Positions 1 through 9,255 of a DNA stretch of 64,000 nt are shown here, piece after piece (position 1 is the first letter of the stretch; the number at the start of each line of letters is the position of its first letter). Source of the DNA: an uncultured Candidatus Entotheonella sp. (GTDB lineage Bacteria; Tectomicrobia; Entotheonellia; Entotheonellales; Entotheonellaceae); contig CBDCDA010000002.1 in the NCBI GenBank assembly GCA_965215335.1, positions 259,682 through 323,681 of the forward strand. Reading direction: 5' to 3'. Under the pieces are notes generated by a model. The model searched no databases, was not told where the DNA came from, and worked only from the letters and a program-made list of their open reading frames with translations. The translations under genes were made by a program, and so were the position numbers.

Positions 1-497
1 CGGGGCCGTTGTTCGACCGCCTCGACGGCCGCGGCCGCGCCGCTCGCCACCAAGCCCGCCGCCAGACCCGCCAGGGTGCCTTCGAGCATGTACGGAAATA
101 CGTTGTTGGTGCCGGTGGACAGCGGCAGGAGCGGAACCGAGCCGCACGCCTTGGCGAGGGCACGGTTAGTGCCGTCGCCGCCAAGGCTGACCAGACAATC
201 GACGCCGAGGTCACGCATGCGCCTGGCAGCCCGAGTCGTGTCCGCCTGGGTGGCCTCGATCGGCATGTCGAGCTGCTGCACTTCGGCGCTCAGCTTGAGG
301 TTGTCCTGAGCTTTGCCGCAGATGTCGAACGTGTCGGGCATGGTGACGATACGGTCCACCCCCACCGCGTCAAGCCCCAGCATGACACGCCGCACGGTGT
401 TCACCTTCTCGTGGTTATTGAACACCGATCCGTGGGCGACCAGGCGCCGGATGTCCTTTCCCGAGGCCGGATTGGCGATGATGCCGACGCAAGCCAC
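1..497 (-). CDS. NAD-kinase-fold protein (NadK/AcoX-like), N-terminal part; C-terminus lies beyond the window start
   Basis: Own minus-strand translation (absent from the ORF track because there is no stop in the window). GTG at 495-497 follows AAGGGA. Sequence VACVGIIANPASGKD...LVSLGGDGTNRAL...LSTGTNNVFP carries the GGDGT motif of the NAD-kinase/DAG-kinase fold. Confidence 0.55.
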   Translation of the reverse strand, partial: MACVGIIANPASGKDIRRLVAHGSVFNNHEKVNTVRRVMLGLDAVGVDRIVTMPDTFDICGKAQDNLKLSAEVQQLDMPIEATQADTTRAARRMRDLGVDCLVSLGGDGTNRALAKACGSVPLLPLSTGTNNVFPYMLEGTLAGLAAGLVASGAAAAVEAVEQRP

Positions 498-523
498 GAT
501 GTCCCTTTCTCAGGCTGCCCGCG

Positions 524-1519
524 CTAAACGTGCAGCTCAATGACGTCCTCTTCCTGCACCACATAGTCGCGTTGCACCATCTGTCCGTCGTACGATTCCT
601 TGCCCCAGACGCGCGCGAACTTGAGCCGCACCGCGAATTCCTTGTGCACGGTGGCGGCCACGTCCGACACCGTGCTGCCGCGCGGCAGGGTGAACGGCGC
701 CGTCAGGTCCGGTTTCTTGCCCGGCGCCTTGGTGTACACCCGAATCTTGCCCAACAAGGCGTACAGCGCGGTGCGCAGATCCTCAAGGTTGTATCCGTCA
801 AAGGCCGATACTGCCAGCAACGGCCAACGCTCGCCATACAGCTCCTCAACCATAGCCCAGGTGGCCTCGCTGTCCGGGCTGTCGTATTTCGTCCCCAGCA
901 GCATCGTCGGCCGCTCCACCACGCCGGTCGGCAGATCGTCCGGGTCCGTTGAGGTGCCGAGCGCAATCGGTGACACCTTCCACTCGGCCAGCGTGGCGCA
1001 AGCGAACTCGACCGCCTCCAGCGCCTCGGCGTCGTTCAAATCCACGACCATGAGCAGGGCATCCGCGTTGCGTACGATCTGTTGCAGCCACGACTCCATG
1101 TAATCGCGGGAGATGGGTGGCAGATCGACGAGCTGGATCTGGATGTTCTCGTAGACCACCATGCCGGGAATGGGCTTGCGGGTCGTGAACGGGTAATCGG
1201 CGACCTCCGTGACGGCCTTGGAAAGCATCCCCACCAGCGCAGATTTGCCGGCGTTCGGAAGCCCGAGCAGAGCGATCTGCCCGGCGCCTTCTTTCACCAC
1301 CGACGGGCCGGCTGCCCGCCGCGCCCCCCCAGATTTCTGAGCCTCCTGACGCAGCTTGGACAAGCGCCGCTTCAGGTCGGCCTGCAGCTTGTCCGTCCCC
1401 TTGTGCTTGGGAATAACCCGCAGCATTTCCGCCAGACAAGCCACCTTCTCCTGGTGCGTGGCGGCCTGCTTGAAGCGTTGCTCGGCTTCCATGTATTGCG
1501 GCGTGAGATTGGCGGGCAT
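524..1519 (-). CDS. OBG/DRG-family GTPase with C-terminal TGS domain
   Basis: 331-aa ORF. P-loop GLPNAGKSAL, then DYPFTT and VDLPP. TGS-like C-terminus GQMVQRDYVVQEEDVIELHV. Confidence 0.8.
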   Translation of the reverse strand: MPANLTPQYMEAEQRFKQAATHQEKVACLAEMLRVIPKHKGTDKLQADLKRRLSKLRQEAQKSGGARRAAGPSVVKEGAGQIALLGLPNAGKSALVGMLSKAVTEVADYPFTTRKPIPGMVVYENIQIQLVDLPPISRDYMESWLQQIVRNADALLMVVDLNDAEALEAVEFACATLAEWKVSPIALGTSTDPDDLPTGVVERPTMLLGTKYDSPDSEATWAMVEELYGERWPLLAVSAFDGYNLEDLRTALYALLGKIRVYTKAPGKKPDLTAPFTLPRGSTVSDVAATVHKEFAVRLKFARVWGKESYDGQMVQRDYVVQEEDVIELHV

Positions 1520-1630
1520 GCGTCGTCCTCCGTCTCGGCAATGAACTCACCATCCGCCCCGCACGGGGTCACGGCGGATCAACCACTATACACAATCCGC
1601 CACGGGCGGGGCAAACCGCCGCAAACGGCC

Positions 1631-2815
1631 TCACCACGACTCGACGACGAGCCCTTTGAGGTAGCTCGTTTCGGGAATTGCCATGACCTCCGGATGATGC
1701 GCCGCCTGGCTCAGACGCTGCCGCACGATGAGTTGTCGGCGGGCATCACGGGCGGCCGTCTGCATCATCGCCTCGAAGCGCTCGCGTGAGATGTGATGCG
1801 AGCACGAAAAGGTCAGCAGGACGCCACCCTGGCGCAGCAACTTGAGCGCCTGCAAGTTGATTTCCCTATAACCGTCGAGGGCCTTGTCCACGGCGCCGCG
1901 CTGGTGGGTAAAGGCGGGCGGGTCGAGCACCACGACGTCGAACCGCCGCCCCTGCCGCTGCAGGTGCCTCAGGCGATTGAACACGTTGCCATTCTCAAAC
2001 CGACAACGGTCACCGAAGCCGTTCAATTCGGCGTTGCGCTGCGCCTGTTCCAGGGCGGGCGTCGAGCTATCCACGCCCAGCACCTCGGCCGCCCCGGCCG
2101 CCCCGGCGTGCAGGCTGAAAGCGCCGGTGTAGCAGAAAGCGTCCAGCACTGTGCCGGCAGCGGGAACCAAGGTGCCCAAGACGAGATGGTTGTCGGCCTG
2201 ATCCAGGTAGAAACCCGTCTTATGTCCGCCAGCCACATCGACTCCGAGGGCGACCTGCCGCATCTGTATCGACATGGTGGTCTCAAAGGGCGCCGTGATG
2301 AATCCCTTACCCAACTCCAAGCCGTCGAGCCGTCGAGGCGCCAGATCGTTGCGCGCATAGAGGCGACCAAGACCGGTCAGTTCCTGCAGCAGCCGCTCGA
2401 CGGTCTCCCGACGCCGGTCAAGACCCAGCGAGGCGTATTGCAACACCAGGGCCGTACCGTACCGGTCTACCGTCAGGCCGGGCAGCCCGTCCCCTTCGGC
2501 GTGTACCAGCCGCAGACTGGTTGCCCCCGGATACAGCCGGCGGCGGCGCCCCAAGGCGGTCACAAGACGGCGGCGCAGCAGCGCGTCGTCGACATCCTCG
2601 GCAATGTGGCGGGTGAGCACTCGCAAGCGAATCTTGGAGCGGCTGTTGAAGTAGCCGCGCCCGAGGAACACGTCATCGTGGCTGTAGCAATCCGCCACCC
2701 CGCCGTCGCGTGGCGTGCCTTTGACGCGGGCAATTTCGCCCTCGTAGACCCAAGGATGGCCTTGCAGTTGGCGCTGTTCGCGGCCTTTGCGCAGAATCAG
2801 ACGTGGCTGCGGCAT
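1631..2815 (-). CDS. rlmI: SAM-dependent rRNA (cytosine-C5) methyltransferase, RlmI/RlmK family
   Basis: ORF 1631-2911 with the start moved to ATG 2815. MPQPRLILRKGREQRQLQGHPWVYEGEI is the PUA-type N-terminus of the family. Class I SAM fold: VLDAFCYTGAFS, VVLDPPAF. Confidence 0.75.
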   Translation of the reverse strand: MPQPRLILRKGREQRQLQGHPWVYEGEIARVKGTPRDGGVADCYSHDDVFLGRGYFNSRSKIRLRVLTRHIAEDVDDALLRRRLVTALGRRRRLYPGATSLRLVHAEGDGLPGLTVDRYGTALVLQYASLGLDRRRETVERLLQELTGLGRLYARNDLAPRRLDGLELGKGFITAPFETTMSIQMRQVALGVDVAGGHKTGFYLDQADNHLVLGTLVPAAGTVLDAFCYTGAFSLHAGAAGAAEVLGVDSSTPALEQAQRNAELNGFGDRCRFENGNVFNRLRHLQRQGRRFDVVVLDPPAFTHQRGAVDKALDGYREINLQALKLLRQGGVLLTFSCSHHISRERFEAMMQTAARDARRQLIVRQRLSQAAHHPEVMAIPETSYLKGLVVESW

Positions 2816-2972
2816 GCTGACACTCTTCTTCGCCGCCCTGTGCCGGGGGCGTGATCTGGCGTTCCGTTGGAGGAAGCAATTGGAGACCCTGGCCTTGAAC
2901 GCGCTTGACACGTCCGGGGCGAGTTGCTAGATTCTGCCCCCTTGTTATGCAACGAAAGACAACATGGTTCCG

Positions 2973-3046
2973 GGGCCTGTAGCTCAGTTGGTGAGAGCGC
3001 ACGCCTGATAAGCGTGAGGTCGGTAGTTCGACTCTACCCAGGCCCA
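2973..3046 (+). tRNA. tRNA-Ile (anticodon GAT)
   Basis: Hand-folded cloverleaf: acceptor GGGCCTG/CAGGCCC, D arm GCTC-AGTTGGTGA-GAGC, anticodon arm CACGC-CTGATAA-GCGTG, T arm GGTAG-TTCGACT-CTACC, discriminator A. CCA is not encoded. Confidence 0.95.
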
Positions 3047-3076
3047 TCTTCCCTGTCTATCCCTATCTCTGCCGTT

Positions 3077-3150
3077 GGGGAATTAGCTCAGTTTGGGAGA
3101 GCGCCGCCCTTGCAAGGCGGAGGTCGCGGGTTCGAATCCCGCATTCTCCA
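3077..3150 (+). tRNA. tRNA-Ala (anticodon TGC)
   Basis: Hand-folded: acceptor GGGGAAT/ATTCTCC with the G3:U70 wobble identity pair, anticodon arm CCGCC-CTTGCAA-GGCGG, T arm GCGGG-TTCGAAT-CCCGC. CCA is not encoded. Confidence 0.95.
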
Positions 3151-3197
3151 TCGCCTCCCCTTCGCGTAACGTCTTGAAAGACCACGCGTTACCCTCG

Positions 3198-4090
3198 TCA
3201 CCAGCAACCATCGCCGTCTCCTCGGGCACCCCGCCAATTCCCTACCAAGTCCGCCATTTCCTGTACCAACGCCTGCTGCCGCTTCATCCGCGCCTGCACG
3301 TACCGCTGCATCGTCAGCATGGGCGTCGCATGGCGCATGAGTTCCTGTGTCTCTTTGGCGCTCGCCCCCAGCGAGTCCAGCAGGGTTCCGTACGTGCCTC
3401 GCCAAGAGTGAAACACCATCACGCCTGCCTCGGTGACTTTCTCGATTCCTGCCGCTCGAAGGTCCCTGTCGAAAGACGCGCGTCAGTTGCGGTTGTGATA
3501 GAACACGCAGCAGCGGAAGGTACTCCGTAGCCCGCGCCAGCTTGGCAACGAGGTGTGCCGGCAGGGGCTGGAATCCGGGTCGGCGGTTCTTCGTCCACTC
3601 GGGGTCCAGCCGCACACCGCCGCGTTCGATGTCAAGGTGTTTCCCCCGCAGATTCCTCAACTCCCCAAGCCGCAGTCCGGTAAAAAGGGCCATCTCGTAC
3701 AACAAGGCGGCGTTCCGGCGGCGCCACCGCCATGATGACCGCAATGTCCGGCAGCGCCAAGACACGCCGCCGGGTGCGGAGGCGTGGCATCGAATTTGCG
3801 CAGGCGGGCCAGCGGGTTGGCCGCAAGGTAGCCGTGGTCGAGGCACCCCCTGCAGAACGCCGATGGCGTCTCCTGATAACTCCGTAGCGTCCTGCCACTT
3901 CTGATCATCGGGCGCCCGGATCACCCCCGCCAAGATGCGGTCTTCGTGCACCTGGTGCTGACGGGCCAGGGTTTCATGGCGATAGCGCGGGCCGGTGAGT
4001 TTCACGGTCTTGCGGCGGCCGTCCGGACGTTTGTTGTGGCTTTTGTACCAAACCCGCCACCTGCCGTGTACAAAATGAGGGGGTATCCAG
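3198..4090 (-). pseudogene. Tyrosine recombinase (phage-type integrase), at least 2 frameshifts
   Basis: Integrase pieces lie in three minus frames. N-terminal part: HFVHGRWRVWYKS...; CLDHGYLAANPLARLRKFDA. Box I: ALFTGLRLGELRNLRGKHLD. C-terminal part: HSWRGTYGTLLDSLGASAKETQELMRHATPMLTMQRY, giving the H-x-x-R...H...Y catalytic signature. Confidence 0.8.
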
Positions 4091-4139
4091 GGACATCGCT
4101 CCTGTGTTGTAAGATGGCAAGTTCCTACTTGAAGTGCGT

Positions 4140-4690
4140 TCACTTTGATACCAAGAATTTCTCGAACTCCGGGTTGAGTTCGAATCTTGGCGACAAGCGC
4201 GGCACCAGCCGGAGTGGGTCCCCGTTGATACGGTCGATGAAGGCTTTGCAGGCATCAAGGGGATGACGCATGGAGGCATGGCAGAAAGTGCGCGTCACCT
4301 CTTCGCGCATCCACTTCCAGAGACCTTCAATCGGATTGATGAAATACTGGCCAGCGAAGAAATCGTAGGCACCGTGCCAGTTGATGCGTTCAGCCAAAGA
4401 GCCACAGCCGCTCGCACGCCGGGCGGGTTTGCCTTCGGGCGCCCAAGTGTAGCCCAGGTCCATGTCACGGTGCAGATGGGCTTCATCGAGATCAAGCAGG
4501 CGGATTTCCTTGCGGCAAAGCCGCACAAACAAGTCTTGCAGGTATTGCACAAAGGCGGCACGACGTTGCGGATCGGCTTTCTTGAACACCTTCTGGCAAT
4601 TTCTTCCAACTCAGTCTTTGGAGCGCGCAGGAGTCGGTGCAAGGTCGTGCGGTTGCATGCGTAGCCCGTGACCTGGGTCTCAATGATCTA
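4140..4690 (-). pseudogene. IS630-family transposase remnant (internally deleted/frameshifted)
   Basis: 149-aa ORF with LDEAHLHRDMDLGYTWAPEGKP and NPIEGLWKWMRE (DDE domain), but shortened between them. Upstream pieces (TTLHRLL, LSWKK) lie in other frames up to about 4690. Confidence 0.6.
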
Positions 4691-4949
4691 CATTAACTGG
4701 CTGTTCTCGAATTGAATGCCAGAGGTGGCCAAGTCTGGAGATCTGCGGAGCATCCTTGATCCGATTCTCCATCGACTTGTCGAGAAGAGGCCGGTGGCTC
4801 GACGGCCGGTGCCACTGAAAAAACCAAGGAAGTTCTGCTGCGCCACGCCCCCTCGACCCTGACGCACAAACGCTACGTGAAAGTCCGACCCGGGCGCCCC
4901 AACGAAGCCGTCAATCGGGTGGCGGATCTGCTCGGATTGGCAGATTTGT

Positions 4950-5330
4950 ATGCCAATAGCATGCCAACGCCCCAAAAAATGGCCGTCGGGAAAAACACGC
5001 AACTATATGAAAAAACAGATAGTTAAGTATGGGAAAAGGAAGGTCGGGGCGCCCGGATTTGAACCCACTTCCGTGATCGACGCGGAACCACAACCTGACC
5101 ACAACTCCTTGTCAAACAAGCCACAACTCGCCGTGGTTCAAAACTGTCCCACCGCCGATTCGACAGCCGAACCCCAGCCTGACGACACCCAAACACACCA
5201 ATTGTACGCCAATAGCATGCCAATGTCCGGGTACACAGCCTTGGCTCATGTGGTCGCCGCCTGGCCTAGCCTGTCTTCGGAAGACCGGCAGCGTATCCTG
5301 GCGATTGTCCAAGGTGGAGATGCGCCTTAA
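4950..5330 (+). CDS. Hypothetical protein with duplicated AEPQPD segment (doubtful)
   Basis: 126-aa ORF in island DNA. C-terminus ALAHVVAAWPSLSSEDRQRILAIVQG looks protein-like. It overlaps a tRNA-like fragment and 24-bp repeats, so coding status is uncertain. Confidence 0.2.
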   Translation: MPIACQRPKKWPSGKTRNYMKKQIVKYGKRKVGAPGFEPTSVIDAEPQPDHNSLSNKPQLAVVQNCPTADSTAEPQPDDTQTHQLYANSMPMSGYTALAHVVAAWPSLSSEDRQRILAIVQGGDAP

Positions 5331-5392
5331 GGATGGGAAATTGTAAATTCCGACAGGACCCATTCGGGGACTCGATGGGTGAAAAAACGACT

Positions 5393-6236
5393 AGGCTCAG
5401 GACCTATAAAGGGTTATCATTGAACATATCGGATTCAAGACCCTGACTCCATGGGGAGGTTCATCATGCCCGATCATCACTTCTGGCTCTCCGATGCGCA
5501 GTTTGCCCGACTCCAACCCCTGCTACCCAACAAGGTGCGCGGCGTCCCGCGCGTCGATGACCGAAAGGTCATCAGCGGCATCATCCACGTCATTCGATAC
5601 GGTCTGATGTGGCGCCACGCGCCCGCCTGCTACGGTCCCCACAAGACGCTCTACAACCGCTTCGTGCGCTGGAGCAAGGACGGTGTCTTCGACCGCATCT
5701 TCCAAACCCTGGCCGCCGACAGCACGGCCACCGAGACCGTCATGATCGACAGCACGCATCTCAAGGCGCATCGCACCGCTGCCAGCCTGCTCGAGGGGGG
5801 CTTTTCCGCGCCATGTCGGGCGTACCCGAGGCGGCCTCAACTCGAAACTTCACGCCGTCTGCGACGGCGACGGCAAGCCCGTCGTCATGGTGTTGACTGC
5901 GGGCCGGGTCAGCGACTATCGCGGGGCGGACATGGCGCCGCCCGCATTGCCGGAGGCCGACGTGCTGATTGCCGACAAGGGTTATGACAGCAACCGGCTG
6001 CGCAAGGCGCTTGCCGAGCGCAAGATCAAGCCCTGTATTCCAGGCCGTGCCAATCGTAAAGAGCCGATTGTCTACGACACGGAGCTCTACAAGAGCCGTA
6101 ATCTCATCGAGCGCCTGTTCGGTCGCCTCAAGGATTGGCGCCGTATCGCCACACGCCATGATCGCTGTGCGCACACTTTCTACAGCGCCATCTGTATTGC
6201 TGCCACGGTCATCTTCTGGTTATGAGTCCTGAACCT
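5393..6236 (+). mobile_element. IS5-family insertion sequence (IS427-like size), copy A
   Basis: Imperfect terminal inverted repeats: AGGCTCAGGACCTATAA (5393-) against the reverse complement of 6220-6236, AGGTTCAGGACTCATAA. The left end recurs at 9256-9372 and the right end at 53097-. No clear target duplication. Confidence 0.75.
5451..6225 (+). CDS. IS5-family DDE transposase in two frames (frame change needed at G6 run 5795-5800)
   Basis: Frame 0: MPDHHFWLSDAQFARLQPLLPNKVRGVPRVDDRKVISGIIHV...THLKAHRTAASLLEGG. Frame +1: AFPRHVGRTRGGLNSKLHAVCDGDGKPVVMVLTAGRVSDYRGA...LKDWRRIATRHDRCAHTFYSAICIAATVIFWL. Confidence 0.8.
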
Positions 6237-6316
6237 GCTCACTCTGGCAGGAATGAGGGCAGCAAATTCTGCCACAGAACTATAACAGCAATCTACCATG
6301 CAGAGGAAGGCTTACC

Positions 6317-7728
6317 ATGCAGCGGCAGGAAACGCCACCAGCAATTTCCATGGGACCGCAGATGTTCAAGGACACCCTGTACGGCGAAGCGGGGACCGGC
6401 TGGCTTACCATCTTCTATACCCCAAGCAAGCAGACCATCTGGTTTCCCGTCACCGCGCCCGTCCCCGACCTCGACCTTGAGCAGAACTGTTACCTCGGCT
6501 TGGGCATCCGGCGACAGCGACCGGACAATGACCGTGCACGCGGCAAGACCGACGACATCATCGGTATTCCCGGACTCTGGCTTGACCTGGACTATGAAAG
6601 CCCCGGTGCCCACAAGGTGAAACACCCTCTGCCACCAAACGAAGATGCGGTGCTCTCTCTGCTCGACGCAGCGCCCTGCAACCCCTCGCTCATCGTGCAC
6701 TCCGGGCACGGGCTCGGTCTATTGGCTGTTCAAGGAAATCGCCTGCTTCGACACCGACCGGGATACCTTCGCACGACTGTGCCGTGGCTGGCAGCAACTT
6801 TTCCAACAGGCTGGCCGCGACAAGGGCTGGCACGTTGACAGCACCGCCGACCTCGCCCGCGTGTTGCGCATCCCCGGCACCCGAAACCTCAAGACCAACG
6901 AAGCCCGTGAAGTGACGGTGCGTGAGGTCAATCGATTCCGCTACGATCCCTCCGACTTCGCCGACTTCGCCGACTTCGCCGAACCCGACACCCCGCCAGC
7001 GTTGCCGACACCTCGAATCTCTCAGCCGTCCAACGGTCATCTCGACCTGCGCACCCTGCGCGTCTCGTCCCGCATCAAGTACCTCATCCAGCACGGCGAC
7101 ACCATCGGCCAGTACCCATACCGCTCAGAAGCATTATTCGCCGTCCTCATGGTCCTGCTCGGCATCGGTTATGATGACCGCGACATCGCCCGCCTGTGCC
7201 TGCTGGAGACGCACGGCATCTCGGCCTTGCCAAGAGAGAAGGGCCAGACGTGGCTGGCGCAGGAACTCAAGCGGGCGCGCCACAAGGCCAACGGCCTGGC
7301 CCGGCCGGCCGACGCCCTGCACCACCAGCGGGCCACGGATTTGCTGGCCAAGGTCTTCGCGCCCCCGCGGCCCATTGTCGATGGCCTGCTGCATGAAGAC
7401 ATGTTGCTGTTCGGCGGCAAGAGCAAGCGCGGCAAGTCCTGGCTCATGCTCGACCTAGCCCTGGCCGTCGCCACCGGCAACCGCGTCTGGCCGCATTCCC
7501 CACCGCCAGGCCGCAACCCGTGCTCTATCTGGCTCTGGAAGACGGCGAGGCACGCATCCAGCAGCGCCTGCGGGACATCCAGCCCGGCATCGAAGCTGCC
7601 GACCACCTCCACCTGGTCTACGATTTCCCGTTGCTCAGCAACGGTGGCGTCGACAAGCTGCGACGCCATATCGAGCGCGACCCCTACCGTCTCATCGTCA
7701 TCGACATCCTGGCCATGGTCGAGCCTGC
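6317..7728 (+). pseudogene. Bifunctional prim-pol / AAA (RepA-like, AAA_25) replication protein, 2 frameshifts, 3' end cut by IS66 element
   Basis: The HSGHGL prim-pol motif at about 6700 is followed out of frame by VYWLFKE. Walker A is LFGGKSKRGKSWLMLDLALAVATG. A second frame change at about 7500 leads into LYLALEDGEARIQQRL...RLIVIDILAMVEPA, which ends exactly at the IS66 inverted repeat (7729). Confidence 0.7.
6954..6980 (+). repeat. Perfect 3x tandem 9-bp repeat (GACTTCGCC)3
   Basis: Read directly; it encodes DFADFADFA inside the prim-pol pseudogene. Confidence 0.9.
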
Positions 7729-9255
7729 GTAAGCGTTCAGAGGGCCGTGCAATGGGAGGGGTTATCGTAGAGCCAAGAGAGGTCAGGCGGACGATCGTGC
7801 ATGAACGCCTCAAGGGCGTCAACCAACACCGAGAAGGTCGATTGTTCCAGTTGCCGACATGTCTGACGCAGCGACAGACTCCGTTGCACCCAGGCATTGC
7901 CCTTGATACTCGCCGTACCCAAGGAACTCTTGCGCCACAACACGCCAAAGCGCAAGGCGCGCTCCGCCCGGTTGTTGGTCGGCTCAACTCCCGACTCGTT
8001 GAGAAACACCCACAACGAACCCAACTCGCGCCGTAAGCACCTCACCAGACGACCGCCATCATCAGGGCGCAGCCCATGGCGTTTCATCAGACGACACAAC
8101 CGCGCATACCATGCCTGCCATTGCCCCCCACTTGGCGGCGCGTGAGCCATCTGACACAAACGCTGGAGTTCCTGCAAGACCGCCTTGCCACAGGCAGCAA
8201 GGCCAGGAACCTGTCGCTGCGACAACTCCCGGGCACGGCGAATGAGATGCGCCAGGCAGGTCTGACGAGCATTGCCCCAGGCTTGATACACCCCGTAGCC
8301 GTCACTGACCAGGATGCCGCGACAATCCTTGATCAAAGACCCGAAGGCTTCCTGCGAACGCTTGGAATGAATACGGTACAGGGCGACGGTATCCGTGACC
8401 ATGCTCCAGAGCCATTGCAAGGCATGGCGGCAGTACCAGGGCGGCTCGTCAACGTAGCCCACCCGTGTCTTGCGGGCCAAGCGAGCAATGGCCGCATCGT
8501 GCGGCACAATAGCCAGGGAGGTACGGTCGATGAGACGCTGAATCGCCCCCAGGCTGATTGGCACACCCAACACCGAGCGACAGAAATCCTGTACGCCGCG
8601 CCGGGAGATGCGGTGCATGGCACTGAGTTCGCCAATCAAGGCCGTCAGACGCGGGCCATGGCCGGTTTGCTGCGCCTTGGGGAGGCGGGCCTTGAGCAGC
8701 CGGCCACAGCCTGAACATCGGCCTTGGTGCAAGACCCAGTGGGTGACGTGCAACGCCATGGGTGGCAACTCCATGACCTGATGGAGGTGATACGGCGCTG
8801 TCTGGCCAGGTACGCCCTGGCCGCAGGCACAAGGTCCGGGATGGATGGCCCGCCGCTCGGTGGGACGGAGCAATCTGGAGCCTGACCCAGGATGGCCCAT
8901 TCGTGCGCCCCGTTTGCCTGGGGGCTTGTCTTGCTTGCTGACAGGTCTTTGGAAGGGTGAATCCGACGAGGGTGGTTTGTCGGATGTCTTGGACGTGCGT
9001 TGCAAGCGCTTTTGGAGTTGGTCGATTTGTTCCTGGAGTTGGGCCAGGCGTTGGTGCAGGGTGAAGAGACAGGCTTGTACAGCCGGTGGTGTGTGCTGCC
9101 AATCGGTTTGCGACAGCGACTCAGGCGGTATCGACGGTTCCATTCGGGACTTCCTGAGAAGGACAACGGGAGAGCGAAAAACGAGTGTGACCGTAGCCCA
9201 TAATAGGGCCGTCATGCAATAGATACCTGCACACTTGGCCCCCCTGAACGCTTAC
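7729..9255 (-). mobile_element. IS66-family insertion sequence, single-ORF (ISBst12-like) type
   Basis: Terminal inverted repeats begin with the IS66 hallmark GTAAGCG: 7729 GTAAGCGTTCAGAGGGCC and the reverse complement of 9238-9255, GTAAGCGTTCAGGGGGGCC. There is one transposase ORF. The flanking 8-mers differ (GAGCCTGC against GGGCAAAC). Confidence 0.85.
7737..9143 (-). CDS. IS66-family transposase (TnpC-type)
   Basis: ORF 7737-9215, with the likely ATG at 9143 (MEPSIPPESL). Leucine-zipper-like QLQEQIDQLQKRL, a Cys-rich zinc-finger-like segment CACG...CSGCG, and the DDE region with GVEPTNNRAERALR typical of IS66. Confidence 0.85.
   Translation of the reverse strand: MEPSIPPESLSQTDWQHTPPAVQACLFTLHQRLAQLQEQIDQLQKRLQRTSKTSDKPPSSDSPFQRPVSKQDKPPGKRGARMGHPGSGSRLLRPTERRAIHPGPCACGQGVPGQTAPYHLHQVMELPPMALHVTHWVLHQGRCSGCGRLLKARLPKAQQTGHGPRLTALIGELSAMHRISRRGVQDFCRSVLGVPISLGAIQRLIDRTSLAIVPHDAAIARLARKTRVGYVDEPPWYCRHALQWLWSMVTDTVALYRIHSKRSQEAFGSLIKDCRGILVSDGYGVYQAWGNARQTCLAHLIRRARELSQRQVPGLAACGKAVLQELQRLCQMAHAPPSGGQWQAWYARLCRLMKRHGLRPDDGGRLVRCLRRELGSLWVFLNESGVEPTNNRAERALRFGVLWRKSSLGTASIKGNAWVQRSLSLRQTCRQLEQSTFSVLVDALEAFMHDRPPDLSWLYDNPSHCTAL

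Noticed and set aside
3088-4143. 351-aa minus-strand ORF as an intact gene
   Set aside because: It overlaps tRNA-Ala and mixes one in-frame integrase segment with Arg/Gly-rich out-of-frame sequence. The integrase C-terminal catalytic region is in a different frame (3198-3422), so the locus is called a pseudogene.
5042-5066. A functional tRNA gene on the minus strand
   Set aside because: Only the T-loop, one T-stem strand and the acceptor 3' strand are recognisable. The complementary T-stem strand does not pair, and no anticodon or D arm follows. It is treated as an att-like relic.
5795-5800. Classical programmed -1 ribosomal frameshift joining the two IS5 transposase frames
   Set aside because: The downstream frame is +1 relative to the upstream frame, so a -1 slip would not join them. 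No A-rich slippery heptamer is present, only a G6 run.
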